A DNA stretch of 32,000 nt from an uncultured archaeon (lineage in GTDB: Archaea; Asgardarchaeota; Thorarchaeia; Thorarchaeales; Thorarchaeaceae): the NCBI GenBank assembly GCA_964354495.1, contig CAYHAA010000001.1, positions 278,075 to 310,074 of the forward strand. The letters are read 5' to 3'. Position numbers and translations under genes: made by a program. Every line of letters starts with the position of its first letter. Position 1 is the stretch's first letter. The notes beneath the pieces are model-generated. The model was not told where the DNA came from, did no database searches, and worked only from the letters and a program-made list of their open reading frames with translations. Shown here in pieces: positions 1 through 8,530 of the stretch.

Positions 1-107
1 TACATTAATTGGCGCAAGGTATATCTGATATAGGAATCCCTTTATCGCGTCGGGTAATGCAGGAATAACGTTCAGAGAGAAACCACCAGTTGGGGGTACC
101 AAAAACC

Positions 108-566
108 ATGTCGCCCGCCGAAAAGAAAGCCAGCAACAAAATCAAGAAGTATCTGTTCAAGATAACAGTTGTCGGCCCAGATGACAAGCTTCTCATGGAT
201 GTTCTTTCATTATTCGATGATCCCGTCGTATCAGTCGATGGGATTCGAATCGGATCAACTGAGGTGGATGTTGACACCTCTGAGATTCATGCTGTCTTCA
301 TGTCGCCAAGGCACTCTGCTCTGGATGTCCTTCTCACCCTGACTTACAGAGGTGCAAGTGGTGCCATCATTGTGCTCAGAGAACCTGATTTGGAGCTGGA
401 GCGACTATATCGAGATGAAGCTCGGACGAACCTAGGTGCAGATATATCCATGCGCACCGTGACTACAGGCTCCTCAATAGATGATTTCAAGCGAAATGAG
501 ATTCATCATCTCTTCGAGGAAGTCGTTGTGGACATTTTGAAGCGCAAGACTCGAAAGGGGAAGTAG
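108..566 (+). CDS. Degenerate Rab/Ras-like small GTPase-fold protein (probable pseudo-GTPase)
   Basis: YLFKITVVG resembles Rab YLFKLLLIG and LTYRGASGAIIV resembles YYRGAHGIIVV, but the G1, G3 and G4 motifs are absent. ATG at 108 is preferred over TTG at 90. Confidence 0.6.
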   Translation: MSPAEKKASNKIKKYLFKITVVGPDDKLLMDVLSLFDDPVVSVDGIRIGSTEVDVDTSEIHAVFMSPRHSALDVLLTLTYRGASGAIIVLREPDLELERLYRDEARTNLGADISMRTVTTGSSIDDFKRNEIHHLFEEVVVDILKRKTRKGK

Positions 567-602
567 TACAAACCTTTTTTTCAGTCCTGATACCACTCTA
601 GA

Positions 603-1667
603 TTGGTGTCCACGGTGAGCTCGGATAATAAGAGAAGCGACGAATACTGGATGGGCGTGCGCGATGCACTCAGAATGATAGATATCTTCAACAAGTGGGC
701 TGTGAGAAATCCCACTCGCGCGAAGAGTCTTGAAGATTTCATTAACGATGGGCTCATAGCAGCCGCCAAGCGATGCGAGTCTTGTCTCCGAGAGAAACTA
801 GGGATTAGTTTCCTCAAAGAAGAGCCAGCTGAAGATGTTCCTCCTTTGGTTGAGTCACCAGCTCCCGAACCAGCGGCTCCTCCTGACTTTGAGTCTGCAC
901 CAGACGAGATTTTCGACGCACACAGTGAATCTCCTCCAGATACCGATTTTGAGGTTGCTGTAGAGTCTGTGGACTATTCCTCCGAACAGGAGATTCACAT
1001 CGAATCAGAAGAGCCCACCATATCTATCGATACTGTCGAACGGTTAGAGGAAGAGCCCATGGACGATATTGTCATTGAGGGTCCACAACGTGATTTCTCG
1101 ACAGATTTCGTTCTTGTCGAGCCATCACCGCTTTCCGTTGATGCTGACGAAATAGAACCCGAGAGACCGGAAGTCGATGAATCATTACGTGAGTCTGACC
1201 TCGAAGAACTCGTTCATTCGGATGAATTAGATCTGGAACCAGAAGATGATGAGAGCCGGCCGACATTCACATGGGCTGATTATGAGGCTGCAATCACGCC
1301 TGCTCCTGAACCAGAGCCATTAGAGTCTGACTCTGTTGAATCCACGATTAGAGAAGGTGATTATGAAGTGCCTCCAATTGAGGACCGAAGTTCTCCAGAT
1401 GACGAAGCCTTTGGGGGACCTCCTGAGCCTTCTGAAGCACCCAAGGGATGGAGCACATATGATGAATCGGCCATCGCCAGTGAGGAGATTCCTGATGAAT
1501 CCTATGATACCAAGGATGAGGTTGAGATGGATGATTCAGAAGTGTCCAAACCCAGTGAAGCCGCAACACCAGTCACCGAACCTCCTTCTCCCCCGCCGCC
1601 GCCTGAAACCGAGGAGGATGAAGAGGAGCGACGACGAAGAGCACGAAGGCTGTTTTTCGGAACCTGA
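603..1667 (+). CDS. Hypothetical acidic, Pro-rich, largely disordered protein with a short N-terminal helical CxxC domain
   Basis: 354-aa ORF. ~70-aa N-terminal ordered-looking segment (KRCESC), then ~260 aa rich in E/D/P/S, PPSPPPPP, and C-terminal RRRRARRLFFGT. Start codon uncertain. Confidence 0.75.
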   Translation: MVSTVSSDNKRSDEYWMGVRDALRMIDIFNKWAVRNPTRAKSLEDFINDGLIAAAKRCESCLREKLGISFLKEEPAEDVPPLVESPAPEPAAPPDFESAPDEIFDAHSESPPDTDFEVAVESVDYSSEQEIHIESEEPTISIDTVERLEEEPMDDIVIEGPQRDFSTDFVLVEPSPLSVDADEIEPERPEVDESLRESDLEELVHSDELDLEPEDDESRPTFTWADYEAAITPAPEPEPLESDSVESTIREGDYEVPPIEDRSSPDDEAFGGPPEPSEAPKGWSTYDESAIASEEIPDESYDTKDEVEMDDSEVSKPSEAATPVTEPPSPPPPPETEEDEEERRRRARRLFFGT

Positions 1668-2693
1668 TCAGCTCTTGAGAATCTCCTCATAGAGCTGGAC
1701 CGCTTCTTTTGCGGTACTGACGCCTCGTACGATGGCACTGCCTGTAGACATTAGGGTGATCTTGGAACCCGAAGGTTTCTGGATTATCAGGACTTTCTTG
1801 CCTGACTTGACGGTATCCTTAGAATCAAGATGCTGTGATATGGCTCTTAGGTCTAGATTCATGATTGTCGGAGGTGAGATATTGAAGTCATTAGTGCATA
1901 GAGCAGTGACAATAAGCCCTTTGCCTCTTCGTGCCTTTGTGACATCTGGTTGTGAACACTGTGAACAATCGGGGATACGTCCGATATCAAAGAAATCAAA
2001 GCTGAGAGAGGCTGAGTCAATTGTCATTAGTCGATTTGCAAGAGCGGGCTTCTTTCGTGTTGCAAGAAGTATTGCTTCATTTACCTCTACAGCCGCAGCA
2101 AGTGAGAGAAGAGTGGGAGACACGCCGACTTGTACACATGTATTGTCGGGATTGTCTTCTGCATCACCCATCAAACAATGAAGGCATCCTGTCTCACCTG
2201 GAATGAATGTTGAAAGGTTCGCATAGTATTCTATGGCTCCTGCGAATACATAGGGAATCTTCAGCCTCAGGCTTGCTCTGTTGATGATCCTGCGAGTCTT
2301 GAATGAGTCAAGTCCATCGACTATGATATCAGTTCCTTCCAAGAGCTCCATCACATTTTCATCTCGGATTGAAATAGAGAATGGTTCGAACGCTACTTCG
2401 GGGTTCATAGAAGCAAGGTTCTTGGCTGCCACAATTGCCTTGGGCTTTCCGATATCCTTTGTGTTGTAGATGGTCTGCCTCTGTATGTTGGACAGTTCGA
2501 CAATGTCCCTGTCTATGATTCTTATTGTTCCGAATCCAATGGCCGCCAAGAGTCGAAGTGCAGGGCTCCCTAGTCCTCCGGCTCCAACGACTGCAACAGT
2601 AGATTCCATGATTGCTTGCATATCTTCCTCTGTGAAGTCCCTGAGGGCAAGCATCCGGGAGTATCTCTCCCTCTGATTCTTAGTGAGTTTCAT
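1668..2693 (-). CDS. moeB: ThiF/MoeB/UbaA family E1-like adenylyltransferase with C-terminal extension
   Basis: RYSR, VVGAGGLG, DRDIVELSNIQRQ, DGLDS, zinc motifs CLHC and CSQC, and putative catalytic Cys (NTCVQVG). ATG at 2693 (MKLTKNQRERYSR) is preferred to avoid overlap with the divergent gene. Confidence 0.9.
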   Translation of the reverse strand: MKLTKNQRERYSRMLALRDFTEEDMQAIMESTVAVVGAGGLGSPALRLLAAIGFGTIRIIDRDIVELSNIQRQTIYNTKDIGKPKAIVAAKNLASMNPEVAFEPFSISIRDENVMELLEGTDIIVDGLDSFKTRRIINRASLRLKIPYVFAGAIEYYANLSTFIPGETGCLHCLMGDAEDNPDNTCVQVGVSPTLLSLAAAVEVNEAILLATRKKPALANRLMTIDSASLSFDFFDIGRIPDCSQCSQPDVTKARRGKGLIVTALCTNDFNISPPTIMNLDLRAISQHLDSKDTVKSGKKVLIIQKPSGSKITLMSTGSAIVRGVSTAKEAVQLYEEILKS

Positions 2694-2752
2694 CTCTTTG
2701 AAACATGATGCAAAGCACTCACTTAAAGCCTTGGACAGCAACATCGGGTAGC
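2694..2752. promoter_or_regulatory. Putative compact bidirectional promoter
   Basis: 59-bp gap between divergent moeB-like and DUF362 starts with a central AT-rich element (ACTTAAAG). Confidence 0.35.
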
Positions 2753-3577
2753 ATGGTGTTCACATCTGAGGTGTCAATAGGTGTGCGCAGGAGCCCAACG
2801 GAGGCGCTGGATGTGGCGCTCTCAGGGCTACGTACTCCACTAGAAGTGCCACGCGGTCCAACACAAGTTGTGATCAAGCCATCGATTTACGACCCAAAAC
2901 TAGTAGGTAATACACATGTCAGTATTGTGAAAGCTGTACTCAATGCGTTCAAAATGCTCGGTCCTGCTGTAATTGTTGAAAGCGATAATCCTCGTCGAAG
3001 AGCAACGGATGCGTTTCAGCAGAGCGGCTATTCCTGCCTTTCCGGCTCTGGTTCGTCATTGGTCAATCTCTCAGAGCTTGATACGACAGTCGTGAAGATG
3101 CCTGGCCACTTCTTCAAAGAACACAAGATGCCCAAGATTCTTACAGAGGGCCACTTCTTCATCAATGTACCCACAGTCAAGATTGAGCCAGATATATGTA
3201 GCATCGGAGCGGGTATCAAGAACCTCCTCGGACTCGTTCCAGAGGTAGAGAAGTCCGTCTACCACCAGAGAATCGATGACGTTCTCATGGATCTTCTCAC
3301 AGTCTTCCGGCCTCATATGACCATTGTCGACCTGACAACCTTGGTGATTGGTGATAGGACTGAGGGGATAACAAGAGAGGTAGGTGCTGTCATTGTCGGT
3401 ACAGACCCCGTTGCGGTAGACGCATTCTGTGCTGATTTGGTTGGTGTCGATGCTATGACGGTCTTGCATCTGAGAAAAGCGCACGAGCTTGGTCTTGGCG
3501 AGATTGTACTTGATAGAATACGTGTGAATGGTACCGTAACTCAGAAACAGAAGCTGTTCCAAGCCTGCAGGCATTAA
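2753..3577 (+). CDS. DUF362 domain protein
   Basis: VVIKPS, VIVESD, LVNLSE, FINVPTVK, GIKNLLG and GTDPVAVDA are typical DUF362 motifs. ATG at 2753 preferred. Confidence 0.85.
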   Translation: MVFTSEVSIGVRRSPTEALDVALSGLRTPLEVPRGPTQVVIKPSIYDPKLVGNTHVSIVKAVLNAFKMLGPAVIVESDNPRRRATDAFQQSGYSCLSGSGSSLVNLSELDTTVVKMPGHFFKEHKMPKILTEGHFFINVPTVKIEPDICSIGAGIKNLLGLVPEVEKSVYHQRIDDVLMDLLTVFRPHMTIVDLTTLVIGDRTEGITREVGAVIVGTDPVAVDAFCADLVGVDAMTVLHLRKAHELGLGEIVLDRIRVNGTVTQKQKLFQACRH

Positions 3578-3660
3578 CAAAACGGAATGCATTTATCTAT
3601 AGTCAAGCAGCAAGCGAAATCACTGCAAGATTCCCTCATGCTTCGCAGATGCGTTAGGAG

Positions 3661-4836
3661 ATGGCATCCATGGATTGGACTTCTCATACAATGGAAAGAA
3701 TTCCTGAGTCTGACACATTAAAGATGTTTGATCTAGCCAAACGCCTTGAGAGTGAAGGCAAGAAGATCTATCACTTCGAGGTTGGACAGCCAGACTTCCC
3801 CACACCGAAGAATGTTGTCAATGCTGGTATTGATGCACTGAAAAAGGGGCTTACAAAGTATACCCCTGCTCGCGGAATTCCCCAACTACTTGATGCTATT
3901 CAGGGCTATTACAATTCACGAGGCATTGCCATTAATGGGAGGAAAAATGTCATCGTTACACCTGGAGCAAAGATGGCGCTGTTCCAAGGATTTCTGAGTA
4001 CGATTGATGCGGGTGATGACGTATTACTTCTATCTCCCGCATGGCCTACATATCGTGTTATGATTCGAACCGTAAATGCAAAACCTGTCGACGTGTGTAC
4101 CAAGCCCAACTATACTCTTGATGAAGAAGCGCTTAAACATGCGATCTCACGGACAGTTTCTGCGCTCGTAATCAACACGCCAAATAATCCCACAGGGGGT
4201 GTCTTGACCAAGGAGAACCTGAAGCTCATCTATGACCTTGCAATGGATCATGATTTCGTTGTCTTCTCAGACGAGATCTACGAGACCCTTGTCTATGACG
4301 GTTTCAAACAGGCGTCAATGCTTGAAGTCGATCCGGCCATGGAGCGAACGCTTGTAATCAACGGAATGAGCAAATCGTATAGCATGACCGGCTGGAGACT
4401 TGGCTATGCTGTTGGGAATGAGGAAACCATCTCAAACATGACTAGAATTCAGCAAAACACGACTTCGTGTGCAACATCATTCGTTCAATATGCTGGTGTG
4501 GAGGCTCTCAACGGTGACCAAGCATCTATTGATGTGATGGTCAGGGAGTATCACGCTCGCCGTGACGAAATCACTCGACTCTTCAATAAGATTGAAGGAG
4601 TATCCTGCATTAGTCCAAAGGGCGCTTTCTACGTGTTTCCTGACTTCAAGGAGTACGGAGTGAGCAGCACAACGCTAGCTGAATTGATCCTCAAGAAGAC
4701 AGGAGTATGTTGCACACCGGGCATAGCATTTGGAGCGAAGTATGACAGTCATCTGAGATTCTCCTATCCAATATCACTGACTGAGATACGGGAGGGCATG
4801 GCTAAGCTCGCGCAGTTCTTGCCAACCCTTATTTGA
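3661..4836 (+). CDS. PLP-dependent class I/II aminotransferase (aspartate/aromatic aminotransferase-like)
   Basis: GQPDFPTP, KYTPARGIPQL, NTPNNPTG, SDEIYE, and SKSYSMTGWRLGY containing the PLP lysine. Confidence 0.95.
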   Translation: MASMDWTSHTMERIPESDTLKMFDLAKRLESEGKKIYHFEVGQPDFPTPKNVVNAGIDALKKGLTKYTPARGIPQLLDAIQGYYNSRGIAINGRKNVIVTPGAKMALFQGFLSTIDAGDDVLLLSPAWPTYRVMIRTVNAKPVDVCTKPNYTLDEEALKHAISRTVSALVINTPNNPTGGVLTKENLKLIYDLAMDHDFVVFSDEIYETLVYDGFKQASMLEVDPAMERTLVINGMSKSYSMTGWRLGYAVGNEETISNMTRIQQNTTSCATSFVQYAGVEALNGDQASIDVMVREYHARRDEITRLFNKIEGVSCISPKGAFYVFPDFKEYGVSSTTLAELILKKTGVCCTPGIAFGAKYDSHLRFSYPISLTEIREGMAKLAQFLPTLI

Positions 4837-4886
4837 TATGCCCCCGCTCGGTGTATCATTGAATGGATGTCTTAGGATGAGTCCTC

Positions 4887-5486
4887 ATGACACACCGAGA
4901 AGCTGAGGAATCTGGCGATGACCAGTTGCCCCGTTTTGAGTGCACAAAGTGTGGAGCGTGCTGCCGTGAAAAGACAATGCTCATCACGGTAACTGGTAGC
5001 GATATTACCAGGATTTCTGCAGCCTTGGGTTTAAGCCCCGAGGAAACAATGAGGGCTCTTGACTTCTACGTTGTTGCGGCAGAGAATGAAACTCCGGTAG
5101 GCCTCCAAGGAATTCCCTCACCAATGACTCAGAGAGGTTCAGCTTTCATCGCGCTCAAGAAGATGGAGAATGGCGATTGTGTTTTTCTCAAAGACAATCT
5201 CTGCATGATTCACACACTGCGACCCACAGTCTGCAGATCCTTTCCCTTTGCATTCCGGGAGTCTGCTGATGGAGTGAAGTGGGGGCTCAGTGCAGCGAAA
5301 CATATCTGCTCAGGACTTGGTATGGGACCGGAGGTATCAGAAGAAGAATTGTGCGAGCTTTCTCTTTCTGTCTTGGAGAGCATGCGGGTCTACAGAGAGT
5401 TCATCGAAGAATGGAACGCAAAGTCCAATACAACCGCATTTGACCTTATTCGGGTGATTCTGTCAGAACGGCGTTTCTACATCTAA
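4887..5486 (+). CDS. YkgJ family cysteine-cluster (putative Zn/Fe-chelating) protein
   Basis: CTKCGACC ... CVFLKDNLCMIHTLRPTVCRSFPF motif set. Confidence 0.88.
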   Translation: MTHREAEESGDDQLPRFECTKCGACCREKTMLITVTGSDITRISAALGLSPEETMRALDFYVVAAENETPVGLQGIPSPMTQRGSAFIALKKMENGDCVFLKDNLCMIHTLRPTVCRSFPFAFRESADGVKWGLSAAKHICSGLGMGPEVSEEELCELSLSVLESMRVYREFIEEWNAKSNTTAFDLIRVILSERRFYI

Positions 5487-5500
5487 AATGGCATGAGCTA

Positions 5501-5632
5501 ATGGAGTATCGGCCGGCTAATCTTTTCCACAAGTTCATCTCGCCTCTCAGATGGGGCCCAGAGGTGTCTGCAGAAGAAGCAGTGGAGCTGCGTGTGACAA
5601 TACTTGTTGAGCATTATGGTTCCTTAAAATAA
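5501..5632 (+). CDS. 43-aa small ORF or gene remnant homologous to the C-terminal part of the upstream YkgJ protein
   Basis: Manual translation MEYRPANLFHKFISPLRWGPEVSAEEAVELRVTILVEHYGSLK. GPEVSAEEAVEL matches YkgJ GPEVSEEELCEL. Confidence 0.4.
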   Translation: MEYRPANLFHKFISPLRWGPEVSAEEAVELRVTILVEHYGSLK

Positions 5633-5639
5633 GGACAGC

Positions 5640-6614
5640 TCAGAGTCTTGTGAGAATCTGTAGTATGTTGTCAAAGTTGTGTTCTACTGTTCTGCTCTTT
5701 TCTGCGTACTGGGCCAGAACGGCGAGCCTCTCGTCCTGCCTTGCACGCGCTGCGAATCTCTCTGAACGTATCTCTTCGTGTATGGCTGCGTTAATCGAGA
5801 GTATCTCGTCAGAAGTTCTTAGGACGTATTGTAGCATCTTGATCACCAGCTTGAAATCATTGATATCTCTGAGTTGTAGTGTCTGGCTATAGAATTGGAA
5901 CTCAAGTCTTGCTAGTCGTTCACGCATTCTGATGAGCTCCAAAAGCCAATTCGGGGCTTTTTCCTCCACCAATTTGCTGCCGAGCTCTGACCAGTGCTGT
6001 TGTTGATCCAGCAATTGGACGAGATAGCTGCGAAGGAATCCGAAATGGTCGACACCGTTTTCAATTTCCTCTTCAGTTCCAATTGGCCGCATCATTCTAT
6101 CCATTTGGCTATGCTTCACTGCAATCTTGAGCGAGAACTTATCCACGTACCGCTTTATTTCGTCGGTCTTCTCCTTCTTTGACATAAGATCTGCAAATGT
6201 ATCCCCAAGGGTCAGAATGAACTTGTAGAGGCACTCGGAGCATATCTCTGCATCAGCGGTCGCCTCTTTTGTCGAGAGGAATTGCAGAGCGTCTTCAAGG
6301 TCATCTCCGGGAACATCCTTTCCATGAATCCTCAGCACCCAGCCTTGTGAAATACAATACACTCTATTGTCAGGATAGTTGATGAAAATCGAGGCGTAAC
6401 ATATGTTGCCCTCGGTAGCTCGTTCTTCTTTCATGCTCTCCTTGTCTGTGTGAAAGCCAAAGATTGAGGGGTCAATCTCTATTGCTTCAATCTCCAAAAC
6501 GCTATCATCATTGACACAGAGTTTCTCGTCTCCGAAAACCTTGTAACATGGGCATCCCCGGACCATTCTAATCGAAGACATTTCTCGTTCTCCAGGCATT
6601 TTACTCTGTGCCAT
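5640..6614 (-). CDS. Hypothetical protein, GCPCYK Cys-rich N-terminal domain plus helical C-terminus (paralogue 1)
   Basis: 324-aa ORF; shares GCPCYK, IDPS, CY, YC.SQ, ALQF and ICSxCLYK with the neighbouring ORF. Confidence 0.8.
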   Translation of the reverse strand: MAQSKMPGEREMSSIRMVRGCPCYKVFGDEKLCVNDDSVLEIEAIEIDPSIFGFHTDKESMKEERATEGNICYASIFINYPDNRVYCISQGWVLRIHGKDVPGDDLEDALQFLSTKEATADAEICSECLYKFILTLGDTFADLMSKKEKTDEIKRYVDKFSLKIAVKHSQMDRMMRPIGTEEEIENGVDHFGFLRSYLVQLLDQQQHWSELGSKLVEEKAPNWLLELIRMRERLARLEFQFYSQTLQLRDINDFKLVIKMLQYVLRTSDEILSINAAIHEEIRSERFAARARQDERLAVLAQYAEKSRTVEHNFDNILQILTRL

Positions 6615-6681
6615 TTCAGATTAGCCAAGCAGAGAATCATCCAGAACACCAATATTACCACTATTAGATTTATAGTAGTTA

Positions 6682-7680
6682 TTATGTGGTATGTGCGTCA
6701 ATCTCGCTGAGTACCCTCACAAGATTGCTGAATCTGTACTCAGTGTTCATCCTCTTCTGAGAATGTTTCCTGAACTTCTCTTGAACTTCTGTGCTCATCA
6801 GGTTTCGCTCTATGATGATGTTGGTCTTTTCTCGAATCATATCACTGAGCTTGATTACTCTTTCAGAAATACTCACCATGAATCTTAGCGTGCTTAGGGC
6901 ATCGATTTCGCTTGAAGTGCTCTCCAATTCTAGAACCTGAGCGAGAAATACACCTTCGAGTCGATAGAATGTACTATAATGATCAACAAGCTCGAGGAGC
7001 ATCTTATCAGCGTTGGCTTTCTTTAGTTTCATTGTAAGAGCAGCCCATTGCGACCGTGACTGATTGATTCTCTTGATGTATTTTTTCACATGCTCCTGAT
7101 ACCCTGTATCGGAGGAGATACTCGACCCATAGCTGCTTAGTTCCGCTGCCATCCTTCTCGATACCTCTCGTACATAAGAAGTGACGATTTCTTCTCTTTC
7201 GAGGTCATTAAGGAAGCCGGATGAAGCCTCTCCAAGAGTCTTCAGGTACTTGTAAAGACAGTCAGAGCAGATTACTCCATCTCTGCTCTTCTCAGTGGAC
7301 GTGACGAACTGGAGGGCGCTATCGATTTCAGCTGTCTTGACATCCTTCTTATTGATATTGATTCTCTGTGCTTGGCTGACACAATAGCAGTGCCCCTCCT
7401 TCCTATCCAAGTAGATGAGGAGGTAACACATGCTTGCGTTGTTACTCTTGTATTGAACGAGGTCCTCAACAGCATCGATTCGTTCAAAGAATGACGGATC
7501 TACAGATATGGCATTGATTGGCAATACATCATCAGAGTTCAGGCAGACCTTCTCTTTTTCTAGACCAATGAACTCTTTATAGCAGGGGCACCCCTTGACT
7601 AATTTTGTCTTGACCTGCTCACCCCTCACCAATGATGTTTCCGCGTCGAGTTGGGAGGCTTCAGGTCCTATCAATAGCAC
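6682..7680 (-). CDS. Hypothetical protein, GCPCYK Cys-rich N-terminal domain plus helical C-terminus (paralogue 2)
   Basis: 332-aa ORF, GTG start preceded by AGGAGT; paralogous to 5640..6614. Confidence 0.8.
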   Translation of the reverse strand: MLLIGPEASQLDAETSLVRGEQVKTKLVKGCPCYKEFIGLEKEKVCLNSDDVLPINAISVDPSFFERIDAVEDLVQYKSNNASMCYLLIYLDRKEGHCYCVSQAQRININKKDVKTAEIDSALQFVTSTEKSRDGVICSDCLYKYLKTLGEASSGFLNDLEREEIVTSYVREVSRRMAAELSSYGSSISSDTGYQEHVKKYIKRINQSRSQWAALTMKLKKANADKMLLELVDHYSTFYRLEGVFLAQVLELESTSSEIDALSTLRFMVSISERVIKLSDMIREKTNIIIERNLMSTEVQEKFRKHSQKRMNTEYRFSNLVRVLSEIDAHTT

Positions 7681-7866
7681 ACTCCTAAGGTAGGCCGGAC
7701 GACCGCTGTATTATTATCTTATAATAGGTTTGGATATGAAGATTCCTATTTCGGAAATCTTGTATCTATCCCCGCGCGCCACTGCAAAGCCTCCATGCTT
7801 CCTCTCCTTTTCAATCAATCTCGCATGGTGAAATGATGAATCGGGACTGGGCGAAGTATGACTGAC

Positions 7867-8007
7867 TTAGCCCCAGAGTTCTCTCTTCAGAAGATCACGA
7901 ATGGCGATTCTGATTGCCTCTGACCTATTCGGGTAGAGATTATTCGCAACTAGACGTTCAAGTCCTTCTACATATTGCTCTGGAATGTGCAGTGTTACCA
8001 GCTTCAT
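7867..8007 (-). CDS. Ribbon-helix-helix (CopG/Arc/MetJ) transcriptional regulator, CdrS-like
   Basis: Not in the ORF track. Manual translation MKLVTLHIPEQYVEGLERLVANNLYPNRSEAIRIAIRDLLKRELWG; (Y/F)PNRSEAIR is characteristic of small archaeal RHH proteins. Confidence 0.88.
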   Translation of the reverse strand: MKLVTLHIPEQYVEGLERLVANNLYPNRSEAIRIAIRDLLKRELWG

Positions 8008-8054
8008 ATTGAGTAATCACCTAGAGCATCTCTGTGTCATACTTGAATATGGTT

Positions 8055-8069
8055 GTGAGTAATACTCAC
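8055..8069. promoter_or_regulatory. Palindromic candidate operator
   Basis: GTGAGTA-A-TACTCAC perfect inverted repeat between the divergent RHH and membrane-protein genes. Confidence 0.4.
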
Positions 8070-8131
8070 TGGGTATTGAAAATCGCAATCCTGATATCGC
8101 TTCGACTCAAATACCAATCACGAGTGAAACA

Positions 8132-8425
8132 ATGGGCAACTGGGAGGATTGGAGAAGAAAGTCTTGGAGCTACTATGCATGTCTACTGCTATTACTTTCT
8201 CCTCTGATTCTAATCCTCTCTGAGATGTTTCTTACAGCAATGTATCTAGGTGTCGACGCAATAGTTCCGTTCTTTGTGTTTGCAGTCTTTGTCATCGTTC
8301 TTGTTTTTGGTCTTGGTGTAAAGTATCGATATCGTGGAATAAATCCTGCGTCAAGAAATATCATCAATGCGGTTGACGACTACTATTACGAACGGACTAG
8401 AGCTGATGAATCGGATTATCCTTAG
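8132..8425 (+). CDS. Small membrane protein with two predicted TM helices
   Basis: Two hydrophobic stretches (YYACLLLLLSPLILIL; AIVPFFVFAVFVIVLVFGLGV) followed by KYRYR. Confidence 0.65.
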   Translation: MGNWEDWRRKSWSYYACLLLLLSPLILILSEMFLTAMYLGVDAIVPFFVFAVFVIVLVFGLGVKYRYRGINPASRNIINAVDDYYYERTRADESDYP

Positions 8426-8477
8426 GAGGACACTGCAGTGCTCTATACAACTCACAGTTCAGGATTAGCCGTCAGGA

Positions 8478-8492
8478 GAGAAGTTATATTCA
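8478..8492 (+). promoter_or_regulatory. Putative BRE/TATA promoter of the acd operon
   Basis: GAGAAGTTATATTC about 40 nt upstream of the GTG start. Confidence 0.4.
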
Positions 8493-8530
8493 GTCATATT
8501 CGACCCACGACCTGTGCCCAACTGTAGGTC

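Noticed and set aside
2705-2744. Extended, overlapping starts for moeB (2744) and DUF362 (2705) in the ORF track
   Set aside because: Downstream ATGs at 2693 and 2753 remove the overlap and match the expected domain starts.
7746-7796. 16-aa minus ORF (MEALQWRAGIDTRFPK) with a purine-rich AGGAGAGGAAG upstream
   Set aside because: Too short to support; may simply be the RHH 3' region. Would need conservation or Ribo-seq evidence.
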